Part shown: in pieces, positions 47,399 through 55,158 of the stretch
How the letters are laid out: each line of letters starts with the position of its first letter
How positions within the stretch are numbered: position 1 is the stretch's first letter
Assembly (NCBI GenBank): GCA_023132135.1
Contig: JAGLYR010000046.1
Location: 1-55,158, forward strand
DNA from: Candidatus Eiseniibacteriota bacterium
GTDB taxonomy: Bacteria; Arandabacterota; Arandabacteria; JAGLYR01
Reading direction: 5' to 3'
DNA length: 55,158 bases
Notes under the pieces: generated by a model
Told to the model about the DNA's origin: nothing
Databases searched by the model: none
What the model saw: the letters and a program-made list of their open reading frames with translations, nothing else
Position numbers and translations under genes: made by a program

Positions 47399-48085
47399 TT
47401 ATGTGTCCGCTGCCAATCGGCTTGCCCGTCCCTGAAGAGCGATTTTCGTGCGGTAGGCCGCCGCCAGCATCCTGGCAATCCTGGGACTGTCGGAGTTGGC
47501 GCTCCATGCCTCCCGCAATTCCGCAATGCTTCTGTTCACGATTCGCACATTCTCCATGATCAGCCCGACCACAGGCAGTTCTCTTTTGATATCCCGTTCG
47601 GCGGTGTACGCGGCGAGCTCGAGATATCCCTGCTCGCACTCCGCCTCCAGAGACTCGATGAGAGCTCCGGCCATCGGATCGGGGCCCGGCCACTCCGCCG
47701 GACCCGGTTCGCTCGGCATACGGGCCGGTCCCTGAGTGCCCAGAGCAATGAACAGCGCCAGAACAGCCACGGTTGTCGCCGGTACCGCCACGGGCCAGAA
47801 CCCGCGCCACGCCGTCAGCAATCCGAGAAATCGTCGGAACCCGCCCGCCCTCGCGAATGGTTCCACTTCGCTGGTTCTTTCCGCAACCGCCGCCCAGAGA
47901 TCGTGCTCGGGCTCGATGCTGCGGGGAAGAGATCCTGCCTCCTCGATGATGGCGCGCAGCTGTTCCACCTCGTTGCGGCAAGTCCGGCATTCCTCAAGAT
48001 GGGCCTGCAGATCCTCCGCCTGCTCCGACGGGAGAAGCCCGTCAACGTAGCCGCCCAGGAGCTCCCGCGCTTCTTCGTGCTTCAC
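47399..48085 (-). CDS. zf-HC2 anti-sigma factor
   Basis: GTG start overlapping the sigma factor stop (GTGA at 48082-48085). LLGGYVDGLLPSEQAEDLQAHLEECRTCRNEVEQL is the HxxxCxxC motif. A central TM segment is present. Confidence 0.8.
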   Translation of the reverse strand: MKHEEARELLGGYVDGLLPSEQAEDLQAHLEECRTCRNEVEQLRAIIEEAGSLPRSIEPEHDLWAAVAERTSEVEPFARAGGFRRFLGLLTAWRGFWPVAVPATTVAVLALFIALGTQGPARMPSEPGPAEWPGPDPMAGALIESLEAECEQGYLELAAYTAERDIKRELPVVGLIMENVRIVNRSIAELREAWSANSDSPRIARMLAAAYRTKIALQGRASRLAADT

Positions 48086-48696
48086 TGGCCCATCACCTCC
48101 CTCGATTTGCTCCGGCTCTCGCCGAGCGCGCCCCTGAGCAGTTTTCTGGCCCGGTGCAGTTGGGCCCGCGCCGTCCCTGACGAGAGCCCCATCATTTCAG
48201 CAATCTCCCTGTGACGATAACCGTACACGTCGTGAAGGACGAAAACAGACCGTGCTCCATCCGGCAGACAGCGAATGGCTCTTTCCAGGTCGATGGCGTC
48301 CCCGGGGTGACTGACACCGTGAGAACCGCCTGCGTGCATTCCGGCTGCCTCTCCATCGAGGTCCCTCCACTTCGACCACCGGGCTTCCGCACGCCAGCTC
48401 TCGATGACCACGTTGATTGCCAGGCGCCGGAGCCAACCGCCAAAAGATCCGCGTCTCCCATATGAGCCCAGTTTCTCCCAGACCCGGACGAAAACGTCCT
48501 GGGTCAGAGTTTCCGCCTGTTCCTTATCGGCGATCATTCGCAGGCAGATCGCGTACACCCAACCCACATGAAGCCGGTACAGCCGCTCGAAGGAAGCATG
48601 ATCACCCCGCTGCGCTCTGGCAACCAGCTCCGGCACAGCCGGATCCACTTCCGCGCCCTTGCGGTCTTTCTCGTTCAGTACTCTCGAGTCCTCCAA
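48082..48696 (-). CDS. ECF-subfamily RNA polymerase sigma-70 factor
   Basis: 204 aa. Region 2: FERLYRLHVGWVYAICLRM..DVFVRVWEKL. Region 4: SVFVLHDVYGYRHREIAEMMGLSSGTARAQLHRARKLLR. Confidence 0.88.
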   Translation of the reverse strand: MEDSRVLNEKDRKGAEVDPAVPELVARAQRGDHASFERLYRLHVGWVYAICLRMIADKEQAETLTQDVFVRVWEKLGSYGRRGSFGGWLRRLAINVVIESWRAEARWSKWRDLDGEAAGMHAGGSHGVSHPGDAIDLERAIRCLPDGARSVFVLHDVYGYRHREIAEMMGLSSGTARAQLHRARKLLRGALGESRSKSREVMGQ

Positions 48697-48822
48697 AAGC
48701 GTCCTCCTGGAGGTGGTGTCTTGCTACCGGCTTCCGTATGATTGACGGCGGCAGCAGGAGAAACGTTTAACCCGATTCTGCATCAGCCGCCGATATGGCA
48801 AGTGGGCAAAGAGCAAGACTCC

Positions 48823-48959
48823 AAAGCTTGAACCACGAAGCCCACGAAGAGCACGAAGGGGAACGGCTGGGACCTGTGTTTTCGGGATTCCGGGACATAT
48901 GTCCCGAAATCCCGAAAGGAATTCCTTCGTGCTCTTCGTGGGCTTCGTGGTTCGAGCTT
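48823..48959. repeat. 137-bp nested-palindrome element: inverted pair of CTTCGTG-triplet repeats flanking an inner 34-bp palindrome
   Basis: The left arm (48823-48859) is the reverse complement of the right arm (48918-48959), with 30 bp perfect (CCTTCGTGCTCTTCGTGGGCTTCGTGGTTC). Inner palindrome TCGGGATTCCGGGAC-ATAT-GTCCCGAAATCCCGA at 48882-48915. Confidence 0.9.
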
Positions 48960-48970
48960 CTGGTCCTTCC

Positions 48971-49681
48971 CTACTCTCCGATCGAAAGCAATTCCACTTC
49001 GAAGATAAGCGTGGCGTTGGGTCCGATGATCTGGCCCCCGCCCCGCTCTCCGTACGCGAGTTCTGAGGGAATGAAGAACCGGTACTTGCTTCCGACAGAC
49101 ATCAGCTGCACACCCTCGGTCCATCCCGGAATCACCTTGTCCAGCTGGAAGCCGGCCGGCTCGCCGCGCTTGTACGAACTGTCAAATTCCGTCCCGTCCA
49201 GAAGGGTGCCCAGGTAGTGAACGGAGACGACATCGGTTGCCTTGGGCTTGGGGCCGTCTCCCTCGGTTATCACGGTATACTGCAGCCCGCTCTCGGTCGT
49301 CACGACCCCGTCCGCCGTCTTGTTAGCCTCGAGGAACTTCCGGCCCTCCTCGATATTGGTTTTGCTCAGACCATCGCGCTTCTTGGCGCCCTCTTCCTGC
49401 ACCTTCTGCTGGAATTCCATCATCACGGTGCTCATCTCCTCTTGGGTCAGGAGGCACTCCCGCTCCTCGACTGTGTCCTTGAGCCCCTGGAGGAGGGAGG
49501 CCAGATCAATGTCCACCGGCATACCCTTCACGTAGGATCCGAAATCCATCCCCAGCGCGTAGCTGGATTTCTCCGTGAAATCCTTCAGGCTCGTCTTGCC
49601 GGCCGTGTCTCCCGTCTTTGCGCAAGAGAGGAGAGAGAAAATCGCAGCGACGACTACAGTCACTGCCATGCCCCGCTTCAT
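48971..49681 (-). CDS. FKBP-type peptidyl-prolyl cis-trans isomerase (FkpA/Mip-like lipoprotein)
   Basis: 236 aa. Lipobox LLSC, N-terminal helical dimerisation domain, C-terminal FKBP core GLQYTVITEGDG..VSVHYLGTLLDGTEFDSSY..VIPGWTEGVQLM..LIFEVELLSI. Confidence 0.9.
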   Translation of the reverse strand: MKRGMAVTVVVAAIFSLLSCAKTGDTAGKTSLKDFTEKSSYALGMDFGSYVKGMPVDIDLASLLQGLKDTVEERECLLTQEEMSTVMMEFQQKVQEEGAKKRDGLSKTNIEEGRKFLEANKTADGVVTTESGLQYTVITEGDGPKPKATDVVSVHYLGTLLDGTEFDSSYKRGEPAGFQLDKVIPGWTEGVQLMSVGSKYRFFIPSELAYGERGGGQIIGPNATLIFEVELLSIGE

Positions 49682-49840
49682 GTGCGTATCCTTTCAACTC
49701 GGGTTCAGAAGGCCTCGAGGGCGGGATGGTTCCGGGACCCTCGAGGGTTGGCTTGTGTGGATGAATGGTCGTGTGTTCCCAAACTACGGGGAATCGTACA
49801 TCGCGTCAACGGATAATGGAAGGGGAAGAGACAGGCTCTC

Positions 49841-49880
49841 CCCCTTCGTGTATTTCGTGGACTTCGTGGTTGAAGCTTTT
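49841..49880 (+). repeat. CTTCGTG-triplet intergenic repeat, copy F
   Basis: CCCCTTCGTGTATTTCGTGGACTTCGTGGTTGAAGCTTTT, located just beyond the tricorn-like gene stop. Confidence 0.8.
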
Positions 49881-49898
49881 TTCCTATTGCCCTCTGGC

Positions 49899-52800
49899 CT
49901 AGTGGTCCTCGGGGCGGATACCCATGCCGCTTCGATCCGGATAGTCCGGGCGGTCGGGCGCGCGATACGGACTGCGCCGGATTTCGTCCAGCATGTGCTC
50001 GATGGCCGCGTCCAGCTGGGGATCGCCCCCGTCCGCCATCAACGCCGGATCGTCGACCACCTCGATATCCGGATCCACACCATGGCCCTCGATGCCCCAT
50101 GTCCCGTCCTTCTCGTAGAAGGCGAAGGTGGGAACGCTCGTGTATCCGCCGTCGATGAGCCGCGGGTTTCCGCTCATCCCCACCAGGCCACCCCAGGTCC
50201 GGGTCCCGACCAGTTTGCCCAGCCCTGAAGCGCGAAACCAGAACGGGAAGTAGTCTCCTCCGGAGCCGGCCAGCCCGTTGATGAGCATGCATTTGGGTCC
50301 GTGGTGAGCATCCCCGGGCGTCACGTACTCGTCCGCCTGGTTGTAACGCGTCGCCCAGTAGTTGGCGACAGGGCGGTTCAACAGCTCGATCATGCGGGTC
50401 GGGACAAAGCCGCCGCCGTTCCACCGTTCATCAACAATCAGCGCCTCTTTCTCGAGCTGGCCCACATACTGGCGATGGAGCTCGTTCACGCCCTGGTGCG
50501 CCGTGTTGGGCACGTAGATGTAACCGACCCTGCCGTTCGATTTCTCATCCACGTAGGCTCGGCTCTTCTCCACCCAAGCCCGGAAGCGAAGATCGGAGTC
50601 GCTGTCCATGAGATCCACCACGACCTGGCGGGTGTCGTCATCGATCGTCGACTTGTCGCTCACCGTGAGGGTGACGGTTTTCCCCGCCAATCCCTGGAAT
50701 GCGGCCCACGGATCCTTGGCCGCGTCCAGGTGAATCCCGTTGACGGCCAGGAGGTAGTCGCCCACCTTCACGTCCACTCCCGGCTGGCTGAGGGGACCCC
50801 GGTCGTCGATGTCCCAGGTTCCGCCCTCATAGATCTTCGAGATTCTGTACGCGTCCCTGGACAGCTCGAAGTCGCACCCCAGCATCCCCACGGACATCCG
50901 CGGGGGCGTCTCGTAGTCACCGCCGAAATAGTATGCGTGGCCGACGTTGAGCTCGGAAATCATCTCCCCGATAATGAAGCCGACGTCCTCACGCGACGCG
51001 CAATCATCCAGCATCGCGGCATAGTGTTCACGCATCCCTTCCCAGCCTACCCGGTGCATGTTCGGGTCATAGAAGAAATCCCGGTGAATCCGCCAGGCCT
51101 CGTGGAAGATCTGCCGCCACTCTTCCCGGGGGTCGATCGTGACCGTCATTCCGTCGGTGGAGATCATGTTCTCCATGGTCTGCTCGGGCTTGGCCTCGAC
51201 AATGGCCATCCCGCCCTCCTCCTGGACGACGAGCAGCATCTTCCCGTCTCCCGAGATGGCCATCCCCCCGGGGCCGGCCAGGACCGTCTTCTCGCGTTCT
51301 TCCTCCTTCTCCTCGTCAAGATCAAAGAGTTGGATGACCGGATCGTCGTCCGTTCCGCGAAGTGGGTGCCGAATGTACAGGAGTTTTCCCTCGTCGTTGA
51401 AGCAGAGGTTCGAGAAATTCCCCCGGGAGACGGGGACAGACACGGCCCGGCGCTCAAAGCCCTCAAGATCGATCTCCACGGGTTCGGGCTCTTTCTTCTT
51501 GTCCTTGTCGTCTTCGCCATCTTCGCCATCTTCGTCCTCGTCCCCGGATTCCTCCTCGTCCTCGCCCCAGGTTTCGCCGTCGCTCTCGGGCGCAAACGGA
51601 GAAGGCGTATCGTTCTTCAGGGGGACAAGGTACAGCCGGTCCGTATGGGCGTGAATGAAGCTGTTTCCGTAGTCGTCGTACATCGCGGAGGAAAAGTCCC
51701 GTTCGGAGGCGAAGAACAGGTACTTGCCTTCCCGGTCGAAGGTCGGCCAGGTATCGTTGAACATGCCTTCGGTGACGCGATGCTTCTTGTCCTTGTCCAC
51801 GTTGTAGAGCCAGATGCTGAAGGGCTTTCGACTGGTCTCGGAAAAGGCGAACGCCAGCCAGTTGGAATCGCTGGACCAGCTCACCGGAGCCCGGTATCCG
51901 CCCGGCGTACGGTGGATGGTCCGGATCCTCCCCTTGTCCACGTTGTGGATGTAGAGCGAGCCTTCCAGGTCCCAGAAGGCCACCCATTTCGAATCGGGGG
52001 ACCACAGGGGGTCGTACAGGTAACCCTTGCCCTCGTCCGTCAGCTTGCGCGTCTCCCCCAGGCCGTCGGACTGGGCCAGGTACAACTCGTAGTCTCCCGT
52101 CTCGTCCGAGAAGTAGGCAATCCACTGTCCGTCCGGACTCCAGGCCGGATCGCGCTCGGCAATCCCGTTGGTCCGGGTCAGGTTGACGGGTGAGCCCTTC
52201 TTGGCGGGCAGTGTCCAGATGTCGCCCCGGGCCTCCACAACGGCCCGCTTTCCTGTCGACGAGATGTTGCGGTCGAAGACGAGACTGCTGACGTCTTCCG
52301 CCTGAACCCGGACCTCGGGGCGGTCCCCGGGAATCGTCACTTGGACAGTCCGGGCTTTTCCCGTATCGAGGTCGAGAAGGTAGAGATCCGGGCCCATCTG
52401 GAACACGATGTCGCTCGGGCCCACCGACGGCCATTTGACATCGTAGTCGGCGAAGCGGGTGACCTGTTTCCGCTCACTGGTCCTGGTGTTGTACACCCAG
52501 ATGTTCAACCGGTGGTTGGGACCTGCATCGGAAAGATAGTAGATGTCGTCGCCGTGCCACATCGGGAAGGAATCGGTGCCGCCCCATTCCGTGATCTTCC
52601 TGGAGGTGTGCTTGGTCAGGTGGAAGAGCCAGATGTCTGTGGCCATCCCGCCCATGTACCGTTTCCATGTGCGGTGGTCGCGAGTGTACGGGAGATAGGC
52701 CAGCCACTTGCCGTCGGGGCCGATGCTGGCCATCGCGCCGTACGGCACGGGAAGTTGCTCAGGAAGACCGCCCCCGGATGAGACCGTGAACAACTCGCTG

Positions 52801-53216
52801 GACCTTGGATACGTGGCCATGCCCCAGGCGAAGAATATGATCCGTCCGTCGCCCGTCCACTCCGTGAGGATCTCGGCGTGCGGGTGGTGCGTCACCCGGA
52901 ATGGCATCCCGCCCGATACGGGGATCGTGTAGATGTCGGAGTTCCCGTCGTAGTTGCCCAGGAACGCAATCGTCTCTCCATCGGGACTGAACTTGGGGAA
53001 GCGCTCGGCGCCCGGCGGGCTGGCCAGAGGCACGGCAGTGCCGCCATCCCTGGACACCAGCCACAGATCATTGGAGTACACAAAGGCAATGTGGGTGGCG
53101 CTCACGTCCGGGTAGCGCAACATTCCGGCGTGTGGTTCGACGGCGAGGGCCGGGCTCGCTGTAAATCCCAGGAGAGCGAGGATCGCGATGGACAGGTATC
53201 GGTGCTTTGACGACAT
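49899..53216 (-). CDS. tricorn-like protease (TolB-type beta-propellers, PDZ, S41 peptidase)
   Basis: 1105 aa, GGAGG RBS, signal peptide. LRYPDVSATHIAFVYSNDLWLV..FSPDGETIAF..SDIYTIP is a tricorn-type N-terminus. PD40 repeats, a PDZ-like GDYLLAVNG, and an S41 core VVDERWNGGG..LINGLAGSGGDYF. Confidence 0.85.
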   Translation of the reverse strand: MSSKHRYLSIAILALLGFTASPALAVEPHAGMLRYPDVSATHIAFVYSNDLWLVSRDGGTAVPLASPPGAERFPKFSPDGETIAFLGNYDGNSDIYTIPVSGGMPFRVTHHPHAEILTEWTGDGRIIFFAWGMATYPRSSELFTVSSGGGLPEQLPVPYGAMASIGPDGKWLAYLPYTRDHRTWKRYMGGMATDIWLFHLTKHTSRKITEWGGTDSFPMWHGDDIYYLSDAGPNHRLNIWVYNTRTSERKQVTRFADYDVKWPSVGPSDIVFQMGPDLYLLDLDTGKARTVQVTIPGDRPEVRVQAEDVSSLVFDRNISSTGKRAVVEARGDIWTLPAKKGSPVNLTRTNGIAERDPAWSPDGQWIAYFSDETGDYELYLAQSDGLGETRKLTDEGKGYLYDPLWSPDSKWVAFWDLEGSLYIHNVDKGRIRTIHRTPGGYRAPVSWSSDSNWLAFAFSETSRKPFSIWLYNVDKDKKHRVTEGMFNDTWPTFDREGKYLFFASERDFSSAMYDDYGNSFIHAHTDRLYLVPLKNDTPSPFAPESDGETWGEDEEESGDEDEDGEDGEDDKDKKKEPEPVEIDLEGFERRAVSVPVSRGNFSNLCFNDEGKLLYIRHPLRGTDDDPVIQLFDLDEEKEEEREKTVLAGPGGMAISGDGKMLLVVQEEGGMAIVEAKPEQTMENMISTDGMTVTIDPREEWRQIFHEAWRIHRDFFYDPNMHRVGWEGMREHYAAMLDDCASREDVGFIIGEMISELNVGHAYYFGGDYETPPRMSVGMLGCDFELSRDAYRISKIYEGGTWDIDDRGPLSQPGVDVKVGDYLLAVNGIHLDAAKDPWAAFQGLAGKTVTLTVSDKSTIDDDTRQVVVDLMDSDSDLRFRAWVEKSRAYVDEKSNGRVGYIYVPNTAHQGVNELHRQYVGQLEKEALIVDERWNGGGFVPTRMIELLNRPVANYWATRYNQADEYVTPGDAHHGPKCMLINGLAGSGGDYFPFWFRASGLGKLVGTRTWGGLVGMSGNPRLIDGGYTSVPTFAFYEKDGTWGIEGHGVDPDIEVVDDPALMADGGDPQLDAAIEHMLDEIRRSPYRAPDRPDYPDRSGMGIRPEDH

Positions 53217-53296
53217 GCTTCTACCTCCGATTAGGTGTGAGCTCGGCTAGCGCCTTCACCAGATTAGAACGTGTCCAATGCGCATTTTGTTACAAA

Positions 53297-53344
53297 AGAA
53301 TTCCTTCCTGCCCTTCGTGGGCTTCGTGGTTCGAGCTTTTCAGA
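53297..53344 (+). repeat. CTTCGTG-triplet intergenic repeat, copy G
   Basis: GAATTCCTTCCTGCCCTTCGTGGGCTTCGTGGTTCGAGCTTTTCAGAT, just beyond the antiporter stop. Confidence 0.8.
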
Positions 53345-53360
53345 TAGGCTTTGCATATGT

Positions 53361-55058
53361 CTATTCATCTTCCGTATGACTGCGAACGAGAGTACACTGC
53401 CGGGAGATCTGCTCCGAATCGATCTGGTGTCTCTTCAGAACGCGAGAAGCAACCTCCACCGCCGACTCCCGTTCCGCCGTTATCACCTCGTTAGCCCCTG
53501 CGGCCAGAAGCGGCTCAATATCCAGCAGGTAATATGTTCGCACTATGATATGTAAATCCGGAGCCAGGCTTCGGGCGATTCTCACAGCTCGTTCCGCCGC
53601 GGAAGGATCATTGATTACGAGTATCAGCTCCTTTGCTCGTGCTGCCCCCATCTGCATAAGTACTTCATAACTGGTGACATCACCGAAGAATGCTCGAGCG
53701 CCTTTCTGGGTTGCCATGCGCACATTCGCAATATTGATATCCACAACAACGTTCGGGATGTCGCACTCATCAAGAGATCTTGCCAGTTCCAGACCGGCAA
53801 ATCCATATCCACCGATAATCACATGGTCCTTTATCCTGGCCATGCGATCCGGGGCATTCTCAGCAGGGCCTACTTCCAGCATCCGGTTCAGGACGCGCAG
53901 CCTGCCTGCACCGGCAGCCAGCCGAGGACCAAAGGCCAGGGCAAAAGGCGCCAGAAACATGGACAGAACTGCTGCCGTCAGCAGATTACTTTCGAGTGGT
54001 TCACCGACTAAACCACTTCCCTTGGCGGCAAATGACAGAACAAGAGAGAACTCACCAACCTGTGCCAACGCAACTGCCGACAACAAGCACACCCTGAGTG
54101 GCATTCGGACTATGAGGGCAGTGACAAAGACTATGAGGGATTTGCCAAGCAGGATGGCGACCAGAAGAACCAGTATCGGCACCAGGTTCTCAACTAACAT
54201 AACCGGCGCAAGCAGCATTCCTACCGAAACGAAGAACAAACTGGCAAATACTTCTCGAAATGATATCAGGTCCGCAAGCGCCTGATGACGGTACTCGGTA
54301 CCGGCGACAACCAATCCGGCCAGAAACGCACCAATCGCAAGCGTAGCCCCGGAGGTAGTAATGAGCCATGCTGTTCCACTGCAGATAACGAAAATGGTAA
54401 GAATGAACAGATGTCGCTGTCGTGTCTTGGCTATGCATTTCAACAGGCGGGGAACAATGAGATAGGCGGCGAGTAACACTCCAACAACAACCGCCAGGGA
54501 AGACAGCATCGCGCCGAAAACATTCTGTGTGAAGCCACCCTGGCCACTCAGGAAGGGAATCAGCAACATCATTGGCACCACTGCGAAATCCTGAAATACC
54601 AGGATGCCCAGTATCAGACGTCCATGTGGCGCATCTACTTCGCTTCTCTGTTGCAAGCCTCTGAGCACTATGGCAGTGCTTGACAAAGCAACAAGAAAAC
54701 CCACAAAGAGCGCCGTGTTGGGTGGCAAACCCCAGAGTCTTGAAATGGCAAAAGCAGCTACGGTACTGAGACCGACCTGGATCGATCCACCCATCAGGAT
54801 CATTTTCCAGAGACGGCGCAGTTTCTTCAGCGAAAGCTCCAGTCCAATACCAAACAACAGGAGCGCCGCCCCGATTTCCGCCAGAACTTCAACCTGCTGT
54901 ACGTCGTCTATTATTCCCAGACTGTGGGGACCAACAACGGTGCCGACAACGATGAGACCTGCGATAGATGGCAACTTAAGCTTGTGGAATATCGCAACTA
55001 CTACAATACCAAAACCCAGGATCACTACCAAATCTTGTAGATATGTTAGCTCTTGCAT
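53361..55058 (-). CDS. CPA2-family monovalent cation:proton antiporter with C-terminal RCK/TrkA-N domain (KefB/KefC-like)
   Basis: 565 aa. About 12 TM Na_H_Exchanger-type helices (EIGAALLLFGIGLELS), then Rossmann VIIGGYGFAGLELARSL. Confidence 0.88.
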   Translation of the reverse strand: MQELTYLQDLVVILGFGIVVVAIFHKLKLPSIAGLIVVGTVVGPHSLGIIDDVQQVEVLAEIGAALLLFGIGLELSLKKLRRLWKMILMGGSIQVGLSTVAAFAISRLWGLPPNTALFVGFLVALSSTAIVLRGLQQRSEVDAPHGRLILGILVFQDFAVVPMMLLIPFLSGQGGFTQNVFGAMLSSLAVVVGVLLAAYLIVPRLLKCIAKTRQRHLFILTIFVICSGTAWLITTSGATLAIGAFLAGLVVAGTEYRHQALADLISFREVFASLFFVSVGMLLAPVMLVENLVPILVLLVAILLGKSLIVFVTALIVRMPLRVCLLSAVALAQVGEFSLVLSFAAKGSGLVGEPLESNLLTAAVLSMFLAPFALAFGPRLAAGAGRLRVLNRMLEVGPAENAPDRMARIKDHVIIGGYGFAGLELARSLDECDIPNVVVDINIANVRMATQKGARAFFGDVTSYEVLMQMGAARAKELILVINDPSAAERAVRIARSLAPDLHIIVRTYYLLDIEPLLAAGANEVITAERESAVEVASRVLKRHQIDSEQISRQCTLVRSHTEDE

Positions 55059-55158
55059 GGGCGATACCTACAGTTCCGCTACTCCGGGACAAGCCCGCAT
55101 TTCTCAAAGGAAGCAGGGAGTTCTTCCAATGCGGTTCTCCGAGCGCCATTTACCATTT

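Noticed and set aside
55079-55158. Possible 3' end of a minus-strand gene running off the window (..VNGARRTALEELPASFEKCGLVPE stop)
   Set aside because: Only 25 codons are visible, and they contain the recurrent AGCCCGCATTTCTCA motif. A real gene tail cannot be told apart from a repeat copy.

Overview
High-GC chromosomal fragment, apparently from an uncultivated diderm bacterium. Supporting signs are TolC/RND systems, a T9SS-type C-terminal sorting domain and many TPR Ser/Thr kinases. Nearly every real gene is shadowed by long antisense ORFs, so calls rest on motifs, RBS/start context and operon logic. Left to right: (1) a minus-strand trio of two MPRGD(R/G)TGP Gly/Arg-rich small proteins (one DUF5320-like, one zinc-ribbon) plus a SAM methyltransferase, behind a sigma54-like -24/-12 element. 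(2) A six-gene TetR-TolC-MFP-RND-small protein-DUF2156 operon in which every junction is a 4-nt start/stop overlap. (3) A ferritin-like protein and a large secreted CBM48-FlgD-GH57 enzyme with a T9SS tail. (4) An 8.8-kb, visibly lower-GC defence island: HTH, ORF100, type III Mod, HKD/PLD nuclease, type III Res, ORF87, GmrSD type IV enzyme. It is bounded by about 950 bp of palindrome-dense non-coding DNA. (5) An array of five paralogous transmembrane Ser/Thr kinases with a GAF-PP2C phosphatase. The fifth kinase is split by one in-frame TGA, and a sixth copy is only a 21-codon stub. (6) A Cys/His-rich small protein with CzcCBA-type heavy-metal efflux, downstream of an ECF sigma/anti-sigma/DUF4097 module. 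(7) An FKBP isomerase, a tricorn-like protease and a CPA2 antiporter. A short intergenic repeat family (three CTTCGTG 9-mers plus GTTSRAGCTTT) occurs at 7 loci (8 copies), once as a 137-bp nested palindrome. The most interesting candidate is the PLD nuclease wedged between mod and res of an otherwise complete type III R-M system. No tRNA, rRNA or CRISPR array was recognised.
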